NCBI GenBank assembly: GCA_965207225.1 | Contig: CBDBLV010000005.1 | Coordinates: forward strand, 928,001 to 992,000 | Direction: 5' to 3' | From: Dehalococcoidia bacterium | GTDB lineage: Bacteria > Chloroflexota > Dehalococcoidia > Plut-88900 | Length of the DNA stretch: 64,000 nucleotides | Shown here: positions 10,118 to 17,630 of the stretch, in pieces | Layout: every line of letters starts with the position of its first letter | Numbering within the stretch: position 1 is the stretch's first letter | Translations under genes and position numbers: made by a program | Notes under the pieces: generated by a model | The model's input: the letters and a program-made list of their open reading frames with translations, nothing else | What the model was told of the DNA's origin: nothing | The model's database searches: none

Positions 10118-10373
10118 TGCGATCGTAGATGGCTTCACGAGGGAGTATCTCGGACACTCCTCGACCTCTGGCGTCAAACTCTTCAAAGAACTTCTTGAGG
10201 CGGCGACGTCGTTCCAGAGGGGTCTCCAAATCTTTGTCGGCGGACGAACGAGTACCGGCGAGGGAGTGGAGATATTTCCTGACTAGAGCGGATATGGAGA
10301 CTCCCATCTGCGCGGCCCTAATGCGGGCGCGATGATCGGCCTGCTCGTCAATGTAGACCGTAATGTTCTTCAT
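10104..10373 (-). CDS. Ribbon-helix-helix antitoxin (DUF6364/CopG-like)
   Basis: MKNITVYID...RIRAAQMGVSISALVRKYL...REAIYDR; directly upstream of and overlapping PIN gene. Confidence 0.85.
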   Translation of the reverse strand: MKNITVYIDEQADHRARIRAAQMGVSISALVRKYLHSLAGTRSSADKDLETPLERRRRLKKFFEEFDARGRGVSEILPREAIYDRNALR

Positions 10374-10445
10374 GGAGTGTTCTCAAGATAGTCGGGGGCA
10401 CTGTGGGAACTAACTCTGTATGAATGGCTTTTCCCTCTGCCAGTT

Positions 10446-10688
10446 CTATCCTATGCGTGAGCCGCCGCTGGTTGCAGTAATTTCTGCGATTGTCTCCTGT
10501 ATGAGCCTTAGTCTTTGTTGTTCAGGCGTTTCGCCCTTCAGCGCGGGTATTTCACTCTTACGGGGTTCGGCTGCCAGGCGATTGATGAAGACTCTTACCA
10601 GAGCGGATAGAGAGGTGCCCTTCTCTGCGGCGAGGGTGCGGACCTGACGGTGGGTCTGTTCATCTATTGAGACGGTTATTTTCTTCAT
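10446..10688 (-). CDS. Second RHH antitoxin paralog with no own toxin
   Basis: MKKITVSIDEQTHRQVRTLAAEKGTSLSALVR aligns with 10104..10373 N-terminus. Confidence 0.75.
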   Translation of the reverse strand: MKKITVSIDEQTHRQVRTLAAEKGTSLSALVRVFINRLAAEPRKSEIPALKGETPEQQRLRLIQETIAEITATSGGSRIG

Positions 10689-10701
10689 AGCCGTCATATC
10701 T

Positions 10702-10718
10702 CTGTGTGGCACAGTATA
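10702..10718 (-). promoter_or_regulatory. -10 box (TATACT) overlapping CTGTG-N3-CACAG inverted repeat, candidate RHH operator
   Basis: Plus strand ctgtgtggcacagtata; related CTGTG/CTGTA half-sites at 10401-10420 before the other antitoxin. Confidence 0.5.
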
Positions 10719-10788
10719 GTCAATTAGGAATTTTGGTGCAAGCTGCGATGGTCTAGACGTAGGATAATGCGAGCACTGTATGGATGGC

Positions 10789-11223
10789 TTAGAACCGGGT
10801 TTGGATGCGGGAGGAGGCGTCGAAGAAGTACTGGAAGGTCTGGTTGTAGCGGAAGAAGAAGTCGAGGCGGTAGCCATCTTCGTTGAGGGAGTGGGCGATG
10901 CTGTCGGGGGACTTGTTGAGGTCGAGGCTGTTGAGGGAGTGGTCGAGGTCGGCGGAGCCGTTCTGGGCGATGTTCTCGAGCATTTCCCGCCACTCGTCGG
11001 GGGTCATTTCCAGGTAGAAGTCGGCCTCGTAGAGGTCGTCCTCGCCGGCTTCACGGGCGGAGCTGCACTCGAAGCCTTCAAAGACGAGGACGTAAATTTC
11101 GTCTCCAATCTTCAGGCCGACTATTGCGTCGCAGGAGCCGCCGCCGGCGGTCTGGTACTCGTCCTCGCTGTTGAATACCTGGCGGACGGCCTCGAACCAT
11201 TCCACGGAGGGGAAGCGGGGCAT
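10789..11223 (-). CDS. Hypothetical acidic protein, SCP2-like fold suspected
   Basis: MPRFPSVEWF N-terminus; TAATG coupling to the amidohydrolase; longer ORF-track N-terminus is off-frame overlap. Confidence 0.7.
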   Translation of the reverse strand: MPRFPSVEWFEAVRQVFNSEDEYQTAGGGSCDAIVGLKIGDEIYVLVFEGFECSSAREAGEDDLYEADFYLEMTPDEWREMLENIAQNGSADLDHSLNSLDLNKSPDSIAHSLNEDGYRLDFFFRYNQTFQYFFDASSRIQTRF

Positions 11224-12308
11224 TATGCGCCTCCTTCGGAATCGTTGATGCCGTACATGGCGAGGGGGTTGTCCCTGAGGATGGCCTTCTTCTGGCTCTC
11301 GGTGATGTCTACCCGCTCCCAGATGTGGTCGATGCTGTTGGGGAAGTCGTTGTCCCAGTGGGGCCAGTCGGAGGCGTAGACGAGGGCGTCGTCGCCGAGG
11401 ATGTCGATGGTCTGGGGGAGGAGCTTTTCGTCGGGTTCGAGGTGGACGAAGACGTTGCTGCTGCGGAGGTACTCGCTGGGAGGGCGCTTGCAGTCGGGGG
11501 CTTCGACTTTGCCGCGGAGCTCCCACTCCTCGTCGAGGCGGTCGAGCATGTAGGGAACCCAGGTGCAACCGGCTTCTAGGAAGGCGACGCGGAGCCGTGG
11601 GAAGAGCTCGAAGATGCCCTCGAGAGCGAGGCTGGTCATCTGGATGATCTGGGAGACGGGGAAGCCGACGGCGTGGCGCTGGATGAAGCGGGTGTAGGGG
11701 ATGTACTCGGCGGTGGCGTGGCCGCCGTGGATGGCGACGGTGGTGTTGAGGTCCTGGGCCTCGGCGAAGAAGGGGTGGTTCTGTTTCTTGCCGATGAGGC
11801 CGTAGCCGACCGCGGGCGTGAAGGCACCGGCGAACCCAAGCTCCGTTACGGACCGGCGCAGCTCTCTGGCTGATTCCTCCGCGTCGAGGAGGGGCATGAC
11901 GGCGACTGCTCCGAAGCGGTCGTCGGCCTGGAGCCAGTGGTCGTGCAGCCAGGAGTTATAGGCCCGGGTGACGGCCACGGTGTATTCGGGGTCAACGAGC
12001 ATGGAATAGGGGAGGAAGGCGGTGGGATAGAGGTAGGTCTTTTCGACGCCGGCTTCGTCCATGATGGCGAGCCAGTCGGAGGGGAAGGGGAAGCCGGGAG
12101 GGCCGTTGGTGCCGAGGGTCCCGCCCATGGTCGGGTCCATTCCGGGCTGCTTGGGTACCAGGGTGTTGTTGGAATAGACCGTACCGTCTGCGTTGGCCTT
12201 CCAGGCATGGAGGTAGGCGTCGTAGGGGGGAGGCATGTAGGTGGCGATAATCTCCTCGGGCTCGTTGATGTGGCCGTCAGAGTCGATGACCTTGAAGGGG
12301 GGTCTCAT
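11223..12308 (-). CDS. Amidohydrolase_2 family protein
   Basis: IDSDGH, FLEAGCTW, YASDWPHWD. Confidence 0.9.
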   Translation of the reverse strand: MRPPFKVIDSDGHINEPEEIIATYMPPPYDAYLHAWKANADGTVYSNNTLVPKQPGMDPTMGGTLGTNGPPGFPFPSDWLAIMDEAGVEKTYLYPTAFLPYSMLVDPEYTVAVTRAYNSWLHDHWLQADDRFGAVAVMPLLDAEESARELRRSVTELGFAGAFTPAVGYGLIGKKQNHPFFAEAQDLNTTVAIHGGHATAEYIPYTRFIQRHAVGFPVSQIIQMTSLALEGIFELFPRLRVAFLEAGCTWVPYMLDRLDEEWELRGKVEAPDCKRPPSEYLRSSNVFVHLEPDEKLLPQTIDILGDDALVYASDWPHWDNDFPNSIDHIWERVDITESQKKAILRDNPLAMYGINDSEGGA

Positions 12309-12337
12309 GGAGGGCCTCCGGGGGGTGGAATGGAGGG

Positions 12338-12346
12338 ATTATAGCA
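12338..12346 (-). promoter_or_regulatory. Extended -10 promoter (TGcTATAAT) of amidohydrolase
   Basis: Consensus match about 30 nt upstream of ATG. Confidence 0.55.
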
Positions 12347-12374
12347 GGGAGGCCGACCGGACACTCCACCCGCT

Positions 12375-12520
12375 CCGCTCTTGAGACCCCCTTCGAGGGG
12401 ACATCCGCCTGAGGCGGATGAGCGGCCCCGCGCCGGGGAAGGCGCCCACGAGGGACGCCACTGCGGCGGATATCAGCGTGGGAGGCGTCCAGGGTACCCA
12501 CGAGGGGCACCCCTACAGGG
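12375..12520. repeat. Mosaic palindromic repeat cluster 1 (CTTCGA-type element with nested CATCCGCC-TGA-GGCGGATG hairpin, plus two GTAG-type REP-like units)
   Basis: 12391-12466 resembles 14282-14350; 12491-12520 ends CCCCTAC. Confidence 0.8.
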
Positions 12521-12568
12521 AGAGGGAAAGGCCAGGATATTCAGTTTTGGGACTGAGTTTCAATAGGG

Positions 12569-13750
12569 TCAGGGCGGGGGGCGGCCCCGGGCGATGCGGG
12601 GTTTGGGGTTGGGGGGTGGGCTGGGGTCGGGCCATTCGGGGGACCCGCCGGTCGCGTCTATGGGGGAGGAGAACGAGTCCGTTTCCCAGTAGTTCGGGGC
12701 GCCTGCCCCGATGGGAGTGAAGGAAGGAGGAGGGTCGAGCGCAGCCTGGGTTGGGGTATGGGGATGGGTTCCCCCGCCTTCGCAGGGGCAGGCTCTGTCC
12801 TCTACAGGAACGACGGATGGAAGGGTGTGGGTGGGAAGGGACGGGGTCGGCTCAGGTGTGGGCGCGTCAGATTCCTCGCGGGGCATCGGAATGGGAAGGG
12901 GGGCGGGGATGGATTCCCGATCGGAGTCGGGAATGACGGAGGGAGAGAGGGGTGGGTCGTCGTCGGGAGGTTGGTAGAGGTGAGGGGGGAGGGGGCGCAT
13001 TCCGAAGGGCGGTGGTTCTTCTTCGTCGGTCGGATTGTCTACAAAGGGGGAGCCGTGTTCCCGCTCCCAGGCATCCTTGACTTCCAGCAGGGAGTCCAGC
13101 AGTTCAGGGTGGATGGGAAGGAGGTTGTCGTAGCGGGTCAAGTCCTTGCCGGGTGAGGCCATGATCATGGGGAGGAGTTCCCGGTAGCCGATGATGCGGT
13201 CGGCCATGGTGGACTCCCAGAACCTTCTCATGCCTGCGGCAATCTTGTCGACTTCCTCGTCCGATTCGTTGTTGAAGTAGCGGGCCTTGACGGTGGTACA
13301 CCTGGCGATGAGGTTGAGGCATCGGAAGAGATAGGGGTAGTTGATGCGGCGCCTGCTCAAGAGGCGGTTGGCAAGGGAACGTAGGAGAGCGATCTCCTGC
13401 TCGATGTCCTGGCCCTCGGGGGCCAGACGCGGCAACGAGCCTTCGGCTAAGCCGGCTTTACCGGACCCGTCGCGGTTTTGCGGGTACGGTCTTCCGCGTC
13501 GACTGCGCTCCTGGCGTGCAGGGGCGGGGGTGCGGGTCTTCTTCTGCGGTAGGTTGCCGCAGGCATCCGGGGCCTGGAGGAGTGCTCCTTGAGGAGCCGG
13601 GCCCCGGGGGTTCTTCCGCGGCGCAGGGCCGCGGGCATCCGGGGCCGGGTCGGGCCCCGGGGAGGGATCAACCGCCTCTTGAGCGGACGCCCCGTTGGAG
13701 GGGCGATGGTCTATTGACAATGGTTTGTTGTGAAGTTTGGGTGTAGACAT
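12569..13750 (-). CDS. Hypothetical protein: helical core (EQEIALLRSLANRLL...LNLIARCTTVKARY) with Pro-rich termini; C-terminal tail encoded by palindromic repeats
   Basis: 393-aa ORF with its own promoter; repeat copies at 12637-12663, 12771-12796, 12869-12893 and 12907-12939 are read without a stop. Confidence 0.6.
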   Translation of the reverse strand: MSTPKLHNKPLSIDHRPSNGASAQEAVDPSPGPDPAPDARGPAPRKNPRGPAPQGALLQAPDACGNLPQKKTRTPAPARQERSRRGRPYPQNRDGSGKAGLAEGSLPRLAPEGQDIEQEIALLRSLANRLLSRRRINYPYLFRCLNLIARCTTVKARYFNNESDEEVDKIAAGMRRFWESTMADRIIGYRELLPMIMASPGKDLTRYDNLLPIHPELLDSLLEVKDAWEREHGSPFVDNPTDEEEPPPFGMRPLPPHLYQPPDDDPPLSPSVIPDSDRESIPAPLPIPMPREESDAPTPEPTPSLPTHTLPSVVPVEDRACPCEGGGTHPHTPTQAALDPPPSFTPIGAGAPNYWETDSFSSPIDATGGSPEWPDPSPPPNPKPRIARGRPPP

Positions 13751-13757
13751 TAGGTCT

Positions 13758-13792
13758 GAACATTAGTATAGAACGTACATAACAGAAGTCAA
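13758..13792 (-). promoter_or_regulatory. Sigma70 promoter TTGACT-16nt-TATACT overlapped by imperfect LexA-like GAAC-N4-GTTC boxes
   Basis: -35 at 13787-13792, -10 at 13765-13770; GAACattaGTAT at 13758-13769; second GAAC at 13771. Confidence 0.6.
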
Positions 13793-13844
13793 TAGGCAGA
13801 GGGGGCGCAGTTTTGGGGGAGTTTCTCCCCGGGCCCCTGGGGAA

Positions 13845-13890
13845 CCCTCACCCCCTTGGTCCCCCTCACCCCCTTGGTCCCCCTCTCCCC
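13845..13890. repeat. 18-bp tandem repeat, about 2.5 copies (CCCTCACCCCCTTGGTCC)
   Basis: Exact copies at 13845-13862 and 13863-13880. Confidence 0.85.
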
Positions 13891-13947
13891 CTCGAGGGAC
13901 TCGGGGCAGGCTCTTAGGGCCTATAAGGGAGAGGGGGAGAGAAGAAC

Positions 13948-13986
13948 AGAGGCCCAGGTGCGTGCGGAGCACGCACCTGGGCCTCT
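13948..13986. repeat. Perfect 18-bp inverted repeat, 3-nt loop
   Basis: AGAGGCCCAGGTGCGTGC-GGA-GCACGCACCTGGGCCTCT. Confidence 0.9.
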
Positions 13987-14067
13987 AGTTCAGTACTGGG
14001 GGAGGAGATCACCCCCTCGGCCACCCCGGGGAGTAATATGAGTCCCACCCGCCCTCCCTGTTTTATT

Positions 14068-14108
14068 GAATTATCAGAAATGCCGCTTGGCGGCATTTCT
14101 GATAATTC
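14068..14108. repeat. Perfect 19-bp inverted repeat, 3-nt loop
   Basis: GAATTATCAGAAATGCCGC-TTG-GCGGCATTTCTGATAATTC. Confidence 0.9.
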
Positions 14109-14178
14109 TTTGCCAAGGGGGATGCTAGGAAGTGGCGAGAGTTGCAAAGAGTGGGATGGGTCCAAAGAAGGGCGTGAC

Positions 14179-14496
14179 AGATCCTTCGCGGGGCATCGGG
14201 ATGGGAGAGGAGAAGGGGGTGGGTGGGGTTGGCGATGGAGGTGTAACGGATTGTAAAAGCGTGAGCCTCCCCCCACTCATACTTCGAGGGCCTCAGCATG
14301 AGCGGCCCCACACCACCGGGGAAGGCACCCACGAGGGATGCCCCTACGGGGAAGGAGGACCCTTCCACACCACCCTGCGGGATGGATTCCCGATCGGGGT
14401 CGGGAATGACGGATAGGGAGTAGGATGTGCGTGGCAAGGGGCAGGGTTGATCTAGGGAGGGGCGCTGGAGATTCCTCGCGGGGCCTCGGAATGACA
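14179..14496. repeat. Mosaic palindromic repeat cluster 2
   Basis: AGATTCCTCGCGGGGC(A/C)TCGGAATG-type at 14179 and 14469; CTTCGA + REP unit at 14282-14350; GGATTCCCGATCGGGGTCGGGAATGAC at 14384-14410. Confidence 0.85.
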
Positions 14497-14593
14497 GGGA
14501 AGGGCGTGGGTGGGGTTGGGGGAGGGATGGGGGAACAAAAGCGGGAGGTGAATCGTCTAACAGTCCATACACAGCAGAAGGAGAACCAGAGAC

Positions 14594-16447
14594 ATGCTGT
14601 TTAGACGATTCGTTCTGGCAAGCGCCCTGGCTTTAGTGATGGCGCTAGTGGGGTTTGGGTGCGGAATGAGCGCAACTGCGACTCCGGAACCGATGCGGGA
14701 AGATTCGGACTCTTATATCGTGCCTGCCGCCCCAATTCCCACGGCGATGATGGATGAGCCGGACATGGCTATGCCCGCGACAACGTCCACACCAGTACCT
14801 GCACCGGGTTCATATCGGGTCACGGCTATGCCTGAGCCGACGGCCATGCCCGACAGCGAGGAGGCGATGTATGAGGAAGAGGAGGCAATGGCTGAAAGTT
14901 CTTCTAGCTCCTATACGGTGGCAGAGGACTCGGGGGGGACGATAAGGTCTCTTTCGAGCAGTGAGCCGGCGCTGGCGCCAGTACCTACTGCCGTGCCTTC
15001 CGCTACGACATTCCAGGACTACCGGCAAAGCCCTTTGGTGGCGGCGAGTCGGGATCGGACGTCGACTTTCAGCCTTGACACGGACCGTACATCGTTCCAG
15101 CTGGCGTTGAACTGGGCCAGGAACGGATACCAGATCGATCCGGACTCCGTCAGGGCCGAGGAGTGGGTCAACGCGTTCCATTACGGATATCAGAAGCCGC
15201 ATCGACAGGACAGCTTCGCAATCTCGACGGCGCTGGTGGAGCATCCGCTGCAGAGCGAGATGCACCTGGCCCGGATAACCTTCCAGGCGCCCGATGTGAG
15301 AGACGAACACAGGCCACTTAACGTAACGCTGGTGCTGGATGCATCGGGGTCGATGGCGGACGGGAACCGGGTGGAGATAGCCAGGGCGGCGGCGGATTCG
15401 ATCAGGAAGAGCCTGGGTCGCAATGACCGCATTTCGATAGTGCAGTTTTCGGATAACGTGCTGCACCAGTACACGGTAGAGGGTCGGGGGCCGGATGACC
15501 GGGAGGTCAGCAGATCGATAGGCAACCTTCGGCCCAACAACAGTACGAACGTGCAGGCGGGGCTGAACTTAGGCGTGCAGATCGCAGACAGGATGCGCGA
15601 TGACCGGCCAAACGCTTATAACTACATCATCCTGATGTCGGACGGGGTTGCGAACGTAGATGCCACGGACCCGTTTGCCATCCTGCGGACGGCGGGGGAC
15701 CGCCAGAGCAACAACCCCCTGCGCCTGATTACCATAGGCGTCGGGATTGAGAACTACAACGACTACCTGCTGGAGCAGCTGGCGCAGCACGGCAACGGAT
15801 GGTACAGGTACCTGGATGACCAGACACAGGCCCGGGCGACGTTCAGAAGGGACAACTGGATGACGATCTCGACTCCGTTTGCGGACCAGACTCGGGCGCA
15901 GGTTATCTGGGACCCGGCCAAGGTGGACTCCTGGAGGCTGGTGGGCTACGAGAATCGGATTGCCCCCGACCAGGCATTCGTGGAGAACCGCAAGGAATTT
16001 GCGGAAATCCCCTCGGGGGCGGCTACAACGGTCTTCTTCGAGCTTCAGCTCACTCCGCATGCGGGCGGATGGTCCGGGGAGGCCGTTGACCTGGGAGACG
16101 TACACCTGAGGTGGGTGACACCGATAAGCGGGGAGACCCGGCAGCAGGATGCGGACATCCGGGGCCACTCCAACATCCGGTTCGAGGAATCGGGGGACGA
16201 CATGCTTAGGTTCGGGGCGGTTGTTGCGCTGGTGTCGGACAGGTACGGCGGGCTGCCTTACGTGCAGACGGAGGGGGCGTCGATTGTGGGGCACGACCTG
16301 AGGACGCTGGACAGCTGGCTTCGGTACATCGAGCCGTCGTTGTCCCACCTGGACTCCTTCAACGACTTTGCGTTCGTGCTGGGGCAGTTGATAGATACGC
16401 TGCCGAGGTACGAGGGGGCGTCGGGGGGTTCGGGGTACAGTCCATAG
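14594..16447 (+). CDS. VWA-domain lipoprotein (YfbK-like, DUF3520-type C-terminus)
   Basis: Lipobox-like VGFGC; STFSLDTD, VRAEEWVN, MIDAS DASGS, SDG, WRLVGYENR. Confidence 0.85.
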   Translation: MLFRRFVLASALALVMALVGFGCGMSATATPEPMREDSDSYIVPAAPIPTAMMDEPDMAMPATTSTPVPAPGSYRVTAMPEPTAMPDSEEAMYEEEEAMAESSSSSYTVAEDSGGTIRSLSSSEPALAPVPTAVPSATTFQDYRQSPLVAASRDRTSTFSLDTDRTSFQLALNWARNGYQIDPDSVRAEEWVNAFHYGYQKPHRQDSFAISTALVEHPLQSEMHLARITFQAPDVRDEHRPLNVTLVLDASGSMADGNRVEIARAAADSIRKSLGRNDRISIVQFSDNVLHQYTVEGRGPDDREVSRSIGNLRPNNSTNVQAGLNLGVQIADRMRDDRPNAYNYIILMSDGVANVDATDPFAILRTAGDRQSNNPLRLITIGVGIENYNDYLLEQLAQHGNGWYRYLDDQTQARATFRRDNWMTISTPFADQTRAQVIWDPAKVDSWRLVGYENRIAPDQAFVENRKEFAEIPSGAATTVFFELQLTPHAGGWSGEAVDLGDVHLRWVTPISGETRQQDADIRGHSNIRFEESGDDMLRFGAVVALVSDRYGGLPYVQTEGASIVGHDLRTLDSWLRYIEPSLSHLDSFNDFAFVLGQLIDTLPRYEGASGGSGYSP

Positions 16448-16478
16448 GGTATTGCAAGCTGAAGAGGCTCGTGGGACG

Positions 16479-16678
16479 GGGCCCGGGTTTAGCTCGGGCC
16501 CCGTATCGCATGGCCCCGCCCCCATCCCGTTCGGTTGACCCCCTGCCTTCGCAGGGGCAGGCTCTTCGACTTCGCTCAGGGCGAATGGAATGCCCCGCCC
16601 CCAGGGCGACCCGCCGGTCGCCCCTACGGGAGAGAGAACCCCGCCTCCCCAGATTCCTCGCGGGGCATCGGAATGACA
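16479..16678. repeat. Mosaic palindromic repeat cluster 3
   Basis: GCCTTCGCAGGGGCAGGCTCT, CTTCGACTTCGCTCAGGGCGAA, AGGGCGACCCGCCGGTCGCCCCTACGGG (16603-16630), AGATTCCTCGCGGGGCATCGGAATGAC (16651). Confidence 0.85.
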
Positions 16679-16755
16679 GAGGGGCAGGAGTCGCTTGTGT
16701 CGGCACAGAAGAGGGCCTTCGGCCGCCCTGATAATCCGGCATCGATAATGCCCTG

Positions 16756-16764
16756 TGCTAGAAT
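16756..16764 (+). promoter_or_regulatory. Extended -10 promoter (TGcTAGAAT)
   Basis: Upstream of the Zn-ribbon ORF and membrane operon. Confidence 0.45.
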
Positions 16765-16815
16765 TTAGGGTAGAGCTATGTCTAGCAGTAAGGGCCGAAA
16801 TCGGCGAGTTATTCA

Positions 16816-16980
16816 GTGCTGATTTGCAATTCGTGCGACGTAATCTGGAGCAAGGTCCCGCGTGACAAGGAGTACATGGACATAGACGCCACGGTTCGCA
16901 TGTACAAGAGGCGTCGGTGCCCCGACTGCGGGAAGGCCCTTGAAGAGATCACGTTTGTGTCGGGCCTGAGCGACGGTTAG
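16816..16980 (+). CDS. 54-aa zinc-ribbon microprotein (below ORF-track cutoff)
   Basis: MLICNSCDVIWSKVPRDKEYMDIDATVRMYKRRRCPDCGKALEEITFVSGLSDG; two CxxC pairs. Confidence 0.65.
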   Translation: MLICNSCDVIWSKVPRDKEYMDIDATVRMYKRRRCPDCGKALEEITFVSGLSDG

Positions 16981-16992
16981 TCAATTCCCAGT

Positions 16993-17628
16993 TTGTTACT
17001 TCCCACACTCTATCCTTTGAAGACTCGGCCCGCCTTTCTTTTCACCTCACTAGTTGTGATCTTTGCCGTGCTGTGGGTCGGGCTTGTGCCGCAGGCTCTG
17101 GCGAACGGGGGCGCAGACACCCGGACGATCTTCGAAGGGCGTACCGAGAGTTACGAGGTGGTGGTGACGTCGACGCCCGGGCGGCCGACCGAGGGGCTGG
17201 TGCACTTCACATTCAGCGTATCGGATGCGGAGAGCGGGGCGGTTATCAGGGATGCGGAGCTTGAACTGACTGCGAGTCCGCCTGCGGAGTCGGGGCTGGC
17301 GGAGGCGTCTTTTCCGATCAGCAAATCTGAGCTAAACCCGGAACTGTACGACGTCGATGTCCGGTTGGATGCGGAGGGGGTATGGGAGTTGGGTCTGTCG
17401 ATTGACGGGCCCCTGGGGCCGGCCATGGTCGAGGTCCCGCTGGAGGTGAGGGGCCCGGCGAGCAAGATTTTCGCAATCCTGATTGTGGTACTGGCGTTTC
17501 CGTTGCTTCTGGCCCTACTGGAGATCTGGAGACGGTGGGACAGACGCAAGAAGAGGGCGCGACTAATTGAGGGTCCTGACGTTGTAGATACCGGGTATAA
17601 AGAAGACTCGAAGGAGGAATCGACCTAA
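16993..17628 (+). CDS. Secreted YtkA/FixH-like Ig-fold protein with C-terminal membrane anchor
   Basis: Signal peptide ending ALA; YDVDVRLDAEGVWEL..IDGPLG; TM helix then basic tail. Confidence 0.65.
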   Translation: MLLPTLYPLKTRPAFLFTSLVVIFAVLWVGLVPQALANGGADTRTIFEGRTESYEVVVTSTPGRPTEGLVHFTFSVSDAESGAVIRDAELELTASPPAESGLAEASFPISKSELNPELYDVDVRLDAEGVWELGLSIDGPLGPAMVEVPLEVRGPASKIFAILIVVLAFPLLLALLEIWRRWDRRKKRARLIEGPDVVDTGYKEDSKEEST

Positions 17629-17630
17629 AG

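Noticed and set aside
13714-13745. Perfect TTGACA on + strand as a promoter
   Set aside because: No -10 element at suitable spacing
12375-14500. Possible CRISPR array
   Set aside because: Repeats belong to several families with irregular spacing; no constant repeat-spacer period and no cas genes
14502-14532. G-quadruplex-like G runs (also 9678-9697, 12605-12626)
   Set aside because: Explained by local G skew and low complexity; no evidence of function
13763-14572. ORF-track ORFs 13763..13972, 13914..14276, 14063..14572 and similar ORFs at 16359-16768 and 20088-20417
   Set aside because: Translations of palindromic repeats and G/C runs; no independent coding signal
16778-16843. Selenocysteine readthrough of TGA after Cys in the uORF
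   Set aside because: Readthrough adds only 6 codons before TAA; no selenoprotein homology or clear SECIS
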